Positions 1-13,452 of a stretch of 64,000 nt of DNA are shown one piece after another. The DNA comes from Eledone cirrhosa (Eukaryota), in NCBI GenBank assembly GCA_964016885.1, contig OZ024743.1:293880001-293944000 (forward strand), given 5' to 3'. Both the position numbers and the translations under genes were made by a program. The notes under the pieces were generated by a model, which was not told the DNA's origin, did not search any database, and was given only the letters and a program-made list of their open reading frames with translations. Numbering within the stretch: position 1 is the first letter of the stretch; every line of letters begins with the position of its first letter.

Positions 1-253
1 TCGGTGAATCCATACGTACATATATATATGTGTGCATATATGTATATATATATACATACTACTGTACGTCTGTATACACATATGTATGTACGTGTAGATA
101 CTTATATTTAAGTAACCGCCGTACTAAGAGTGGGAAATGAAATTTCGTTTCATTTTTTCCGTATAATATATGTATATATATATAATCAAGGTTTAGCAAA
201 TAAGAAAAAGTTTCAAAATAAATTTCAAAATATTCACTGTACTCACTATGGTT

Positions 254-341
254 ACCTTTACCGAATCGGTTTCGAGTCTCAAAAAAAAAATGGACAGTCC
301 TTGCGGCCTTCCATTGAAAAGATAAACTCTCGTCAGAAGAT
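254..341 (-). ncRNA. Type I hammerhead ribozyme with extended stem II (copy 1)
   Basis: Minus strand reads AUCUU-CUGACGA-GAGUUU..long stem II..GAGACUC-GAAA-CCG AUU CGG-UA/AAGGU. All core nucleotides and stems I-III are present. Confidence 0.85.
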
Positions 342-740
342 TCTTTTCACTCGGAGAATATAAAATTCCCGAGTTCAAATTACGAACTGGCGCTATTCAA
401 AATTGTTCCCGATGTGAGAATGAATGATGTGGAAGAAATTCTGTCCAGTGCCGTGTGTAAAGATAGAAGCAGAGGTAGGGAGGTCAGTCTACTACCACTA
501 TAAATAGCAGCAGTCAAAACGACCAACTTTTATTTCGACCAAGAGGAGAATAATAATAATAAAGTATATATCCCTACACACAAAAAGCGTCCAGGGACAC
601 ATGTATCGTCCAACCATATGCCAATGTGGTTCAATGGCAGGTTAATAAATTAACGAGCCAGAACATATATAATCAAGGTTTAGCAAATAAGAAAAAGTTT
701 CAAAATAAATTTCAAAAAATTCACTGTACTCACTATGGTT

Positions 741-827
741 ACCTTTACCGAATCGGTTTCGAGTCTCAAAAATAAATGGACAGTCCTTGCGGCCTTCCAT
801 TGAAAAGATAAACTCTCGTCAGAAGGT
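741..827 (-). ncRNA. Type I hammerhead ribozyme with extended stem II (copy 2)
   Basis: Minus strand reads ACCUU-CUGACGA-GAGUUU...GAGACUC-GAAACCGAUUCGGUA/AAGGU, with perfect stem I ACCUU/AAGGU. Confidence 0.88.
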
Positions 828-837
828 TCTTTTCACT

Positions 838-1108
<271 letters not shown>

Positions 1109-2234
1109 AACAATAACAATTGCAGATACTCGGCTATGACAGCATTAATATGGTTCCTCCTCTGAGGTATTACTGTGCATATGTAACAGACGTGTCAGAA
1201 TCACTGACGTCAGAAGATTAAGGTAAAGGTTAACGAAATGAACCTCTGGCACGTGAGGTTTACGATTTCTAATAATATATTCTATATTTTTTCTTTCTCG
1301 CTCTTAAATGCACACGGACACGCCCACACATAATCATATAATGTTTATTTATGAATTACAGCTGACGATGGAAACTCCTTTCTTTCTTTCTCCTCCTGTT
1401 CCGTCCTAACCACCATCCTAAACCTTTTTTTTAGTAACCATACAGCTCCTTTCGTTTCATATCATTTTGTAATTACCGCTGTGACCCTACCTGCTTTCGT
1501 CAATCTGTGTTCCCTCCACACTTTCGCATCGACCCTCTCTTCTCTCTTCCCTTCTCCTCCTCACTCACGTTTTTTTCTCTCCCTCTCCCTCTCCCTCTAT
1601 CCATCCGTTCAGTTTTGATTGTTGACATGTTTACACGTGCCGTGGTAGCCTCTCTGTCCGCAATCTTTGCGACACGTTTTTACCACTGTCGTAAAAAACC
1701 CTTCTGGATTATCTCCCTTTCCCTTCTCCTCCTCACATTTGGTTGCCCGTGTCTCTCTCTCACTTTCTCCTGTCTATGTGAGAGGCAGCACAATTATACC
1801 AGCTCTGAGTCGTAGTTGACCACCAGGCTAAAGTCTCTCAGGTTGGTGACAACCGACTTTCCCTATTTTTCCACGATTACTTTTTGCATGTTTCTTTCAC
1901 CTGTGTCTTTCCACGATGGGACCTGTACACCTTCTTTTTCTCCTATTCCTTTCCTATTTTTCCCCTTTTCCCTTCCCCCTTTCTTCCTCTCTCCTCATCC
2001 CCCTCCCCGTTCTTCCTCCCTCCCACCACCTTCACCTTCTTAAACCTTGTTTTTAGTAACCACACAGTTCCTTTCGTTTCCGCTATGTACTGTACTCAAA
2101 TCTATTCATAAGGCACCTATTGTCATCTGTCGTAATGTCAATTTTTCTTAGAATAAAAGATTTTAAGAGGTATTTAAATAATGCATAACATAATTTTAAG
2201 AATTTATTAAGAATATCTAAATACAGTCACAACT

Positions 2235-2566
2235 ATAAGCGTCTCATTGCGCAACATTGGCTGATCCAGGTTTCAGAGAAGCATGGTGAATGTGTTCTTC
2301 AATTCAAGTTTGTGAGGCAGCGTACCGGACAGTTTCAGATTGTTGAGAAATTCAACGGGATAATGAACAGCCTCATCTTTGTCGACAACTTTGTCCATAG
2401 ATTTATAGGTCTTGCTACCTCCAGGAATCATTTGTGAGAGATTTTGTTGATGGCATTCATTGTGATGTTTTTTTTTCGTATGTGTCTGGGGGTTGGGTGG
2501 GGCAATGATTGCTCTTTGACACAGCCACTCCTCATTGGAATGGTGGACTTCGATATTGAGGAACAC
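2235..2566 (-). mobile_element. Helitron Rep/helicase (PIF1-type) fragment, frameshifted
   Basis: Translation WLCQRAIIAPPN...YKSMDKVVDKDEAVHYPVEFLNNLKLSGTLPHKLELK..MLL, then shifted RNLDQPMLRNETRL. This matches the PIF1 helicase motifs YPxEFLNxLxxxGxPxHxLxLK and LRNLxxxxLCNGTRL. Confidence 0.8.
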
Positions 2567-4559
2567 TTAATTAATCAAGCTTACAGCGCTTTCCACAACA
2601 GTACAAAACGACGAAGGATCGAAACACCCTTTAGTATCAAGGGATTGTTTTTTTCATACATTTAAACGGCTGAGAGGTGCTTCTGAGTCCCCCTACGTTC
2701 CCGTCTCTGTTATTCGCAATGAAGAACATTTTCGAGTCCGTTTTTGGAAAAGAAGGCAATTGCAAGCATGTCAGAGATCAGATTATTTGAAAACACAATA
2801 AAAAAAAAATCACAGGAAAAATAAAATTCACGACGATCCCCAGCCGGTACTTTACTAAAGATTTAAACGACTGATCGTTAACTCCGAGAGCTACCATCAC
2901 TCCCTGCTTCCGTTTTCTGGAAAGGGAGCAGTTTGGGAGTGAGTCAAATGTCAGATCGTTTGAAAACAAAGGGAAAACCTAGAAAAGAAAAGAAATTCCG
3001 ATAGATGAAATCTCCGAGCCTGGAAAAATTTCAGACGAGAGCACAACGTTGGTTTTATTATGATGAACACGTTGTTGAAGATCGACTGAATCCAAGAAAG
3101 TAAAACTTTAGATCTACATAGCTACAGTCATAATCCACGTTGTAATTAGAGTTTACTAAGGGACCCTTAAGTAGTCACTCGGTCTTCTAGAAATCGGAAC
3201 CAAATCACCTTGAAACTCCAACGTACGATCTTCAAAATATACACACTGAATAATGTATTTTTAGATTTACTATGTTATAATAAAAACATAAACTGAATGA
3301 TCAGAGCTGCAATGTGTTTGAACATAGCTCTACCCTATGTGGACAGAGCTGGAGCGAAACATCCCATCTCTGATCCAGGAAACGAACGACGAAAGGCATT
3401 CCAGCCAGCCATGGATGGTTACTTTATCTGTTAGAAATAGCAGCTAAATCTCCTTCAAATTGCACATTACTATCTTAAAGTGAGGAGACGTTGAACAGCA
3501 AAAACCAAATACAGTGTGTGATAAGAATAAATGCTCGGAATGTCCCTACATACTGTAATTTGGAATTTTCATGCTCAACTGGTTGGATTAAACAATCTTA
3601 ATAGTCCTCCTTGAAATTCACTGGGGGGTCTGTGGAGATAGAATCACCTTTCGATGAAAAGTTCGTTGTTTCGATTCTCAGACTGGGTGAGCAAAGCAGT
3701 TCATCTAATGTTGTTCCAGGTAATTCAGTTGAAACTGAATACCAGCGGCGTTTGAGGGCTTGTCATACAACGGATTTTGTGTCTTGTCGAAGAGATATTT
3801 TGTAGTTTCATTCACTTAATGCCCACGAAAAGAAGATAAGGTCTGAACGTCGACTATCTCAAACAAGCACAGAGAAATGGATATAAAAATGGGATAGTTC
3901 CAACTTGAGTAATTGAGACCTCCCTTTTCCTCGTCCTCAGACAGCCATTGTTTTCCAAATCAGTATGATGTTAACACTCCTTAGCAATGTGTCTTGCGTG
4001 ATGGAATGACTGATTCCAAGATATCACTGGCCGTTCTCTTGTACAACGCCTTCATATTCTTCTTACGCCATACCACCAAGAATATAGAAGTTACCCCTTC
4101 CCACCTTTTTTCTTGAATTTTCTCATTTTTCTGTCTTTCTTTTTCTTTTTTCCAATATGACATTGTATGAGGGTCGACTGAAAAGTTCATAGGCTCACTA
4201 AGATACTCTGATGGAATTACCAAATGAGGTTCATTTTTTCCCCCACAGTCTCTGGAAAGAAACAATACATCTATTAGTAAGACTTGACATTAATGCATGC
4301 AAAATTTCACAGCTCTAGCATCACTTCTTCATAGTCATTCTATGAACTTTTCAGCCGACCTTCATATATGCAGTTTAACCATTAGCTCTTTGCTGACTCT
4401 CAGTTTCTCGTATATTTTGGATTGGGCGTTTATATTTGTATTATTGAACAGATTGGATCATGTTCTTCTTCATCTTTTCTTTTTTTCTGTTTTTCTCTTT
4501 CTTTTTCTTTTTTTCTTCTTTTTCTTTTTTTATGTTTTTATTTTTATTTTTTATTTTGT

Positions 4560-5012
4560 ATTCTTTGCCCACTTATTCATGAGAAGGTCGTGGGGGAAGA
4601 GTCCTCAAACACTCCTTCCAGTTTGTCCTGTCAGGAGCAACCGGCTGGATCCCCTAGTAAGACCAGAGGAGCTCATAGATGTTATCCAACCATCTTGCTC
4701 GGGTCTCCTCTTGGGTCTCCTGGCAGTTGTGTTTGCCCGTAAAATCTGTCCAGCGATTCTTTCCTGAGACATTATAACAACATGCTTATAGTATCGGAGC
4801 TGAGATCTCTCAATTCGGAAAAGTAGCGGCCCTACCTGGAGTGACTCTCTGATCTCCGAGCTATACACTCTATCAAGTAACGTTACTGCAATGACCTTTC
4901 GGAGGAATCCTATTCTTTTGGTCATTACCCAAGATTCATGATTACAGATAAGGGTTGGCACGAATACCGAATTTAAGTCAGTTTGGCTTTTACATTTACC
5001 CCCTTCTTCCAA
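4560..5012 (-). mobile_element. RTE-clade LINE 3' end fragment
   Basis: ORF 4605-5012 reads SVFVPTLICNHESW...FLRKV..VTLLDRVYSSEIRESL..IERSQLRYYKHV..M..ERI, the typical RTE C-terminus. It is followed by a T-rich (minus-strand A-rich) tail. Confidence 0.75.
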
Positions 5013-6049
5013 TTACCAAATGCTTTGTCTATTTTTTCGAACACAGGCAAATGTATATTATTGTACTTTCGTCTTTGTCATATGTTTATTTCAAACATTT
5101 TCATCAATAAATTATGTTATTCTGTATGTAAAAGCTGGTGGAGTGTCAGAAACTGTAGAATATCGTCTCTAGCTGCTACTGTCGTTCATCTATCAACTGT
5201 TGATAACATGAGTAGAAGGTACGTACTGGTATTGATTTAATTGATAATACATGCATTTTATTTATTAATTATTATTACTTATTTATTAATTATTATTATT
5301 GGTTTCTCATGTAGTCGCCACGCATACATATGCTCCGTAAGTTTTATTGATTTTCACTTGGTAAAATTATAGTTATAATTGTAAAAAGGCAGCTATATAC
5401 ATTGCTCTTAAAACATTTATAAACATTACAATTGTTGTTGTAGGTTCGAATCACGTGTGTGATAATACCCATTATTTTCCATTCCGCGGGTCTATACGCC
5501 ATGTCATTAGACTGTTTTATTTAGTTAAAATTTACGGTGAAGTCCTTTATTTCAATTTTCAAACACTACTCGCTGTGTTCTAAACATACCTCCTTTGTTT
5601 ACTTAAAGCTATTATGTTATAGCTCCTAAAAATAACGGAAAGAGTTTGGTGGGCTCATTGCTTGTTTCTCCGGCAATGAGGTGTAGGTTCGACTCATATG
5701 GGTGCTGACACCCATCTTTCTCCGTTCAATTGGTTTATACCCCACTTATCGAGTAAAAATGTTACGGCGAAGCCAACTCTTTCAATATATATATATATGT
5801 GTGTGTGTAAAATAAAATATTCACACACACACACGCCCATATAAACTTTGATAACTTTTGGCCAGTATTGGCTCAGGCCATGTCTAACTTAATAGCAACA
5901 TATGGCGAAGTATTTTAAGTTTTGATTTTAACACCATGGTCCACTCAAATAGAGTTATTGTTTACAGTGACATATCAGGAATTACTTGGAGGAATTTGTC
6001 CAAAAACGTTTTGAATTTTATGCGATCTGTCTCTGTTTTTATGTGTTAA

Positions 6050-6370
6050 AAAGCTAGTGTTTTCAGTAAAATGTTGTGATCAACCTCATCAAGAGCATTG
6101 TTGAAATTAAGGTATATGACATCAGTTTTGGAGCCATCCCCCAAAGCTATTAAAATGTGATACAGGAGCTGCGTTAGGCATTCCCTTCAATTATGGAACC
6201 GATGTTGTTTGGAGTTCAGCAGACTGTTAGTTTTAAGAAAGTGAGTTATTGGTGATCTAAACCACCCTCATACCTTATCATACCTTAATGATATGAGATG
6301 TGAGTGAGATCGGACGGTAATTCACTGCACGGGACTTGTTTTCGTTTTTGAAAACTGGGACTTGACGAAA
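6050..6370 (-). mobile_element. CR1/L2-like reverse transcriptase fragment (degenerate)
   Basis: Minus-strand translation contains NYRPISLTSHI and KTDVIYLNFNNALDEVDH, matching RT motifs NYRPISL and D.IYLDF.KAFD.V.H. Confidence 0.7.
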
Positions 6371-6573
6371 TCACAAACATTTTTATACCTCATCAGATCT
6401 TAGGCTGAATGTGGTTTAATGCTCTAGCGCTCCAATTTGATATTCGAGATAACTTTGTCTATATTTTCTATCACAGCTGTAGTAGCTTTCTGTCGTTTGA
6501 AATAAATTTTACCCGACGCTATCATTGACGGCATTCTGGTGTTTTAAGATCTTTCTTGCTTTGAGTTCGTCTC

Positions 6574-6640
<67 letters not shown>

Positions 6641-6644
<4 letters not shown>

Positions 6645-6736
6645 AAAAAGATGAGTATTGACGTCAAAAAATACGGTGAAAGGTATTCTACTTTCTAATT
6701 TCAAACCTGCTCACTGTTTCAAAACATACTTACTTG

Positions 6737-6788
<52 letters not shown>

Positions 6789-6859
6789 CAAGTAAGTATG
6801 TTTTGAAAGTAGAATACCTTTCACCGTATTTTTTGACGTCAATACTCATCTTTTTCCAT
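6641..6859. repeat. Inverted repeat (arms 6641-6740 and 6785-6859) centred on (AT)n
   Basis: ATGGAAAAAGATGAGTATTGACG...CTTACTTGTCAT is mirrored by ATGACAAGTAAG...CTCATCTTTTTCCAT; the right arm has an internal deletion. Confidence 0.85.
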
Positions 6860-6922
6860 TTATCTGAGGGTTCTAAACCTCATTATCAGACTAAAATTAC
6901 TTTAATAAAAAAATACGGTGAA

Positions 6923-6950
<28 letters not shown>

Positions 6951-6953
<3 letters not shown>

Positions 6954-7389
6954 GAGAGTAAAACAAAGAATCCTTTAATACATCAAAAGTTTTTATTAGC
7001 CGACAACGTTTCGTCCTATTAAGGACTCATCAGGGCAATCAAAACAACAACAAGTAATATCGGCAGATACAAGCCGGAAACTCTGAAGAATATGGAGTGT
7101 GCATACACTAAAGTCTTACAAAAATATATAATAATAAAAATGAAAATAAAAATAAAAATAATAAAAATATATAATAATAAGAATAACTAAGGATGTAGAT
7201 AACATTAAGAACCATATTACAAATATAGTCCAAAGCAACTAACCTAAATCTAAACAAATTTGGTTATATAGAGCAGGAATTATATATAACACAATGCAAT
7301 AAACATAATACATTATAATAATATACCTATACCAACATTAAAATTACAAATTAAAAATCAAAAGGTACAATATATACATGTATATATGT

Positions 7390-7428
<39 letters not shown>

Positions 7429-7618
7429 ACAATACACCCAATACACCTTAATAGGACGAAACATTGTCGGCTAATAAAAACTTTTGATGTATTAAAGGAT
7501 TCTTTGTTTTACTCTCTTAATTTTTTGGCTCTGTTTAACTGCATTGAGCTATACCTTTTACTGTCATTTCTATAATACGAAGAGGGTGTTTAACTCCAAC
7601 ACGCTCCAGTATTCTGAT

Positions 7619-7621
<3 letters not shown>
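6951..7621. mobile_element. Penelope-like inverted pLTR pair (minus copy 6951-7375; 5'-truncated plus copy from 7446)
   Basis: 6951-7024 is the reverse complement of 7446-7520. The minus copy holds a full hammerhead; the plus copy starts inside it. Confidence 0.75.
6995..7039 (-). ncRNA. Minimal type I hammerhead ribozyme (Penelope-associated)
   Basis: Minus strand reads AUUGCC-CUGAUGA-GUCC UUAAUA GGAC-GAAAC GUU GUC/GGCUAAU. Confidence 0.88.
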
Positions 7622-7671
<50 letters not shown>

Positions 7672-7675
<4 letters not shown>

Positions 7676-9815
7676 CACAATACTCCAACCTCAATAAATG
7701 ACGATATATCACACTTCTGTAGAAAATTACGTCTCACAGAGGAAGTTTTTGGTAAGGAGAATAACGACCAAGCAATTTTACGGAATAAAAGCAGCTACAA
7801 CCCAACAAAAGGTAGAAACAGAGTTCTGGACACATTTTGTGACCACATAGCAACTTTCCCACGAACTACGGCAACCTAAACCCAAACCCAACACGAGTCG
7901 AAGGGAATGAGAGATTATCCATGAACTAAAAAACAATACGTACATTATAATTAAGGAAGCGGACAAAGGAAGTATTGTTGTCATTATGGATGCTGAACAA
8001 TATAAACATTCTATGTTCTCTCTCTTACAAAATACTAACTACTATGAAAGAGTAAAAAACGACCAGCAATCAAAAACGATGACCAGATTAAACACATTCA
8101 TTTGTCGATACCAGGAAGACATAACTAAAAAGGAACGCGATTATTTAACACATTTTGAATACAAAACCAGCAACCTTTACGGATTTCCGAAGATCCACAA
8201 GTGTAAAATAATTAACGATGCCTGTAAACAATCCACCCCAGCCTGCGTGAACACACAATACCCCACATACCTTATATTAAGACCAATTGTAGCGGGCCCA
8301 CAACGTGAAACACAGAGACTAAGCAACTTTATAGACATACTACTAAAACCAATTCTCAAACACGTACCAAGCCTTGTAAGAGACGATCTGGACCTCTTAA
8401 ACCACCTCCCCAAACATATCAACAACGACACTATTATTGTGTCTTTCGATGTCGTGAATCTCTACACAACGATCCCACACCAATACGGACTGGAAGCAAT
8501 AGGATTCTGGCTACAGAAATATCCCAATGAGATACCTGACAGAATATAATAAAAGCTTCATCACCGAGGGATTAAAATTTATTTTACAGAACAACTATTT
8601 TGATTTCGATGGCAGTAATTACAAGCAAATATCGGGGACTGCGATGGGTACAAAAGCCGCTCCAACTATGCCAACTTAGTCATGGCATACTTGGAAGTCT
8701 AGATATATGAACACTCCAAATCAAAATACGGATTGAACTTCCACAAATATTTATCAGAGAATTGGAAACGCTACTTGGATTATTGTCTCATTCTTTGGTC
8801 TCACACACTCGAACAACTAAATTATTTCAAAAATGTAATTAACGGCACCAATATCCACACCCAATTCACAATGGAATACAGTCAAGATCAACTCCCATTT
8901 CTGGACATCTTAATCTTAAAAAAAGACACAAACATTGAAACTGACATCCACTACAAACAAACAGATTCCAAACAATACCTGCTATTCACCTCCAACCATC
9001 CAAAGCACACGAAGACGAACATCCCTTTTAACCTAGCAAGAAGAATTTGCACAATTGTCTCCAATTATGAAACGCGAAATAAAAGACTTCAAGAATTAAA
9101 GGAAATTCTACCCGAAAGAGAGTACCCACCATTACTAATAAATAATGGAATAGAAAGGGCTAAAGCAATAGGCATTGATGAATTACGAATACAGAAACAA
9201 ATTCAAGGTACGTCCAATATTCTATCATATATCTCAACACACAACCCACGAAATGCGGAAGCTTACAACACTATTCACAAGAACACCCCACTATTGAAAC
9301 AAGACCCAAGAATGAAAAAAGCCCTTGAAACATAGAAAATAATCAAAAGCAAAAGACAACCGAAATCATTAATAACATTACTCACCAATGCCAAATTACC
9401 TACCACAGCCCAAAATCAACTGTCAAAAAATGTGGTCGCTATAATTGTGGAACCTGCATTCACCTCATTGAAGGCAATACGTATACATTTCAATCAGGAC
9501 AACATTTTTCTGTAAAAAATCACTTCCCTTGCTCATAAAAAAATCATTAAATGTAAAGGATGCAATGCAGATTATATAGGACAAACTAAACTCACACTCA
9601 GAAACAGAATGATAATTCATCGCCAACAATTACGAGATCCAACCACGAGACAGATACCACTAAGTGCACATCTACACATATGCGCAAGTAATAAGACACC
9701 CAAATTCCAAGTCTTCCCATTTTATCTTTGCGCTGACAATACAACAGAACACATACGAATAAAGAAGGAAAATATGTTTATTCAAAAATATAGACCAGCG
9801 TTAAATATAGTTTAA
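7672..9815 (+). pseudogene. Penelope-like element (Neptune-type) RT plus GIY-YIG endonuclease, with stops and frameshifts
   Basis: RT motifs FCRKLRL, IIKEADKG, LYGFPKIHK, LRPIVAG, SFDVVNLYTTIPH, GTAMGTKAAP, WKRYLDY and LPFLD. A Cys-rich linker CGRYNCGTC precedes the GIY-YIG-type CKGCNADYIGQT..RNRMIIHR. Confidence 0.9.
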
Positions 9816-9924
9816 TATACACTATGTCAACACTATAACATGCTAACCATCCAAACAGACACATACATACACACACACACACACATGACACCTACTTTAG
9901 AAAATAAAAACCAGAAGTAAATAA

Positions 9925-10345
9925 ACCTTAACATGCTCTAACACCTTAATACTCTAACACCTTAACATGCTAACCACACTCCCCCACACACACATAACAC
10001 CCTCCCCCTTTCTACTAACGGAATCATTTTCCTACACACACACACACACAATATATATATATATATTCTCTCCATCTTAACATGCTAACCATACTCCCAC
10101 ACACATACACACACACATAACACCCATACATACACACATAACACCCATACAACTCCCTCCCCCATTTCTACTAATAGAATCATTTTCCTACACACACACA
10201 CGCACAAAATATATATATTCTCTCCATCTTAACATGCTAACCATACTCCCACACACACATGCACACACACATAACACCCATACACACACACACAACTCCC
10301 TCTCCCATTTCTACTAATAGAATCATCTTCCTACACACACACAAA
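9925..10345 (+). repeat. Imperfect ~115-150-bp tandem repeats in the Penelope 3' region
   Basis: CTTAACATGCTAACCA..CTCCC...TTTCTACTAA.AGAATCAT.TTCCTACACAC recurs near 9961, 10077 and 10229. Confidence 0.8.
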
Positions 10346-11114
10346 CAAGCACACAAATAAACATACATATCTCTACTTTCTTTATTTCAATAGAAAGTCT
10401 GAATTCTGAAACCCCAGCGCACCAGCCATATTCACTGAACCAGAACAATTCTCTCTCCATCCCTTTTTTCTTGACCATTATCTTTTGTTTGGCACAAAAT
10501 TCTCTAAATGGCTATAAAAAATTCCGAAATACGGGCGTGAAATTTAATGTACTTGTTCACGTGAGAGTATTAATTTCATTTATAACCAATCAAATTACAT
10601 TCATTTAAAGAAAGCCTTCGTAAGCCACCCTTTTTTTAAGTAAAAAGAAATTCAAACACAAACTGGCGCGAAAGCTGATGTGCTTATTCACGTGACTGCC
10701 TCAACCAACCAAACTTCACCATACATGAAAAACAATCTGAGCCCCCCCCCCCCTTGTTTGAAGAACTTTGTAACACGAACTGGCCGCGAAATTTAATATA
10801 CTTATTCACCAACCAAATTACTTCTCTAAAAACTTGGCATTTCGAGCCACTTTTTTCCATATAAAACAAGTAATATTCAAAGACCAACCAGATATGAGAA
10901 AAACCACAGACCCTCCATCTCAATTCTACTTTTGAAAAGCAGAAGAAGTGCGAAACCGGTAAAGGAACCAAATAAATAATATATTTTCACAAAAAAGACT
11001 CCAGTTGCATTTTCGATTTCATCTTCTTTCCTTATACTTTCACTCGTATAGGACATTTCGGTTATTTTTCATTTTGTAAAAAAACCCTCACTTTCTAATA
11101 TATATATATATATA

Positions 11115-13228
11115 TACGATATTAAATAAATGGAAACTATATTTATAAAACCATATTTATTTCATTATATATATTTCAGGGATATCATATTAACAATATG
11201 TTATGCCTTCTTCAGACAAAATACAATATAGACAGTTTTATAGATAAATAGATTTGACATACCGTTCAACATCGACTTGTATTTGAAAAAGTTGATTTGG
11301 CAGTGAAAAATTGTAAACAGAAAGAAAGAAAGAAAGAAAGAAGGAAAGAAAGAAAGAAAACGAAGAAAAAGAAGAAAAAGAAGAAATGCATGCAACAAAA
11401 TAGAGAGATGGAAAGATAGATAAAGAGAAGAACTTCATGTAAAGAAACAGAGAGAGATATATAGAGAGAGGAAATAGACAGAGATAGAGAAAAGTAGGTA
11501 GTTGAACGACGTATCAATGATACATTTATTTATTTATTTATTTATTTATTTAGCTCTAGTATTAATGTAAGGGAGATATATGTGGTTAGGAAAGAAACCA
11601 GACGTTATATAGAGAGAAAAATGAAAAGTAACCAGACATAGGCGAGGCAGAATTTAAAAACCCTATGTTTTAATGTAGAAATATTAGTTCGTATAAAAAC
11701 CAGGCACTATACTGTAAATATCAGTATTCCTGAATGAGACACGTATCTATAATGTGTGAAAAGTAATGATCTTATGTCTAGTTTTAAAAATTCATATGTT
11801 TATATGATAACTACAAACATCGATGTGAATTTACGTGATCAACTCTGCAAATCCCTATTTCACACGGAGAACATTCTCATTGTGCTATAAAAATTTAAGT
11901 ATACATATATGTGTATATATACACACATATATATAGAGTCTATATTAATTTTAACAATACTATTCTTGTCTTTACTCTACATGATTATCTATCAAGCAGA
12001 AATAGAGATGATCTTTGTGGTCGATTTCCAAAATGATCTTTGTGGTCGATTTGCGTGGCATATTATGTTTTTATTTTTATTATTTTAATATTTTTTAATA
12101 TTTTTAAAATTTCCATTTTTAATATGTAATATTTTTTAGTTTTCTATTTTATTTATTTGTTTATTATTATTATTATTATTATTATTTTTTATTTTTTGTT
12201 TTTGTTTCTGATATTTTTATTAATATATTGAAATCTGTTCTCTATTTCTGCTTGATAGATAATCATGTAGAGTAAAGACAAGAATAGTATTGTTAAAATT
12301 AATATAGACTCTATATATATGTGTGTATATATACACATATATGTATACTTAAATTTTTATAGCACAATGAGAATGTTCTCCGTGTGAAATAGGGGTTTGC
12401 AGAGTTGATCACGTAAATTCACATCGATGTTTGTAGTTATCATATAAACATATGCATTTTTAAAACTAGACATAAGATCATTACTTTTCACACATTATAG
12501 ATACGTGTCTCATTCAGGAATACTGATATTTACAGTATAGTGCCTGGTTTTTATACGAACTAATATTTCTACATTAAAACATAGGGTTTTTAAATTCTGC
12601 CTCGCCTATGTCTGGTTACTTTTCATTTTTCTCTCTATATAACGGCTGGTTTCTTTCCTAACCACATATATCTCCCTTACATTAATACTAGAGCTAAATA
12701 AATAAATAAATAAATAAATGTATCATTGATACGTCGTTCAACTACCTACTTTTCTCTATATATATCTATCTCTATCTATTTCCTCTCTCTATATATCTCT
12801 CTCTGTTTCTTTACATGAAGTTCTTCTCTTTATCTATCTTTCCATCTCTCTATTTTGTTGCATGCATTTCTTCTTTTTCTTCTTTTTCTTCGTTTTCTTT
12901 CTTTCTTTCCTTCTTTCTTTCTTTCTTTCTTTCTGTTTACAATTTTTCACTGCCAAATCAACTTTTTCAAATACAAGTCGATGTTGAACGGTATGTCAAA
13001 TCTATTTATCTATAAAACTGTCTATATTGTATTTTGTCTGAAGAAGGCATAACATATTGTTAATATGATATCCCTGAAATATATATAATGAAATAAATAT
13101 GGTTTTATAAATATAGTTTCCATTTATTTAATATCGTAAATATACTCCAAATACTTGTTGAGTGCTTTTATATCAGTTATAAATATTTACTAGTTGTAAC
13201 CCAACAATTTAAATATAACTTTCCATGT
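11115..13228. mobile_element. Foldback non-autonomous element: ~895-bp inverted arms (11115-12008 and 12239-13138), ~230-bp spacer, plus ~90-bp unpaired right extension
   Basis: The arms are near-perfect reverse complements (identical ORF translations on both strands in the track). The element is flanked by (TA)n. Confidence 0.85.
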
Positions 13229-13251
13229 ATATATATATATATATATATACA

Positions 13252-13452
13252 CAAATACATTACACAAAGAGAAGTGTGTTACACAGTGAGATGTGTGTAA
13301 AGAATTATTACGAGATTTTGACGTAGTTTTTTTCTATTTAATTGCTAAACCTGAAGATATTGTTCTCTATACAGTAACGGTAAAACTCACTTGTAATAAT
13401 TCTTTACACACATCTCGCTTTGTAACACACTTCCCTTTGTGTAATATATTTG
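13252..13452. mobile_element. MITE-like element with ~60-bp terminal inverted repeats
   Basis: CAAATACATTACACAAAGAGAAGTGTGTTAC...GAATTATTAC is mirrored at 13393-13452. Confidence 0.75.

Larger units (their letters stand above)
181..837 (-). mobile_element. Partial tandem repeat (two ~170-bp direct repeats, 181-351 and 668-837, period 487 bp), each carrying a hammerhead ribozyme; Penelope pLTR- or retrozyme-like
   Basis: Near-identical copies of TATAATCAAGGTTTAGC...TTCTTTTCACT, flanked by (TA)n on both sides. Confidence 0.75.

Noticed and set aside
3981-4265. 94-aa minus-strand ORF
   Set aside because: No recognisable motif or splice support
5440-5760. Two GTAGGTTCGA B-box-like motifs (possible tRNA genes)
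   Set aside because: No cloverleaf can be formed; likely decayed SINE or duplicated remnants
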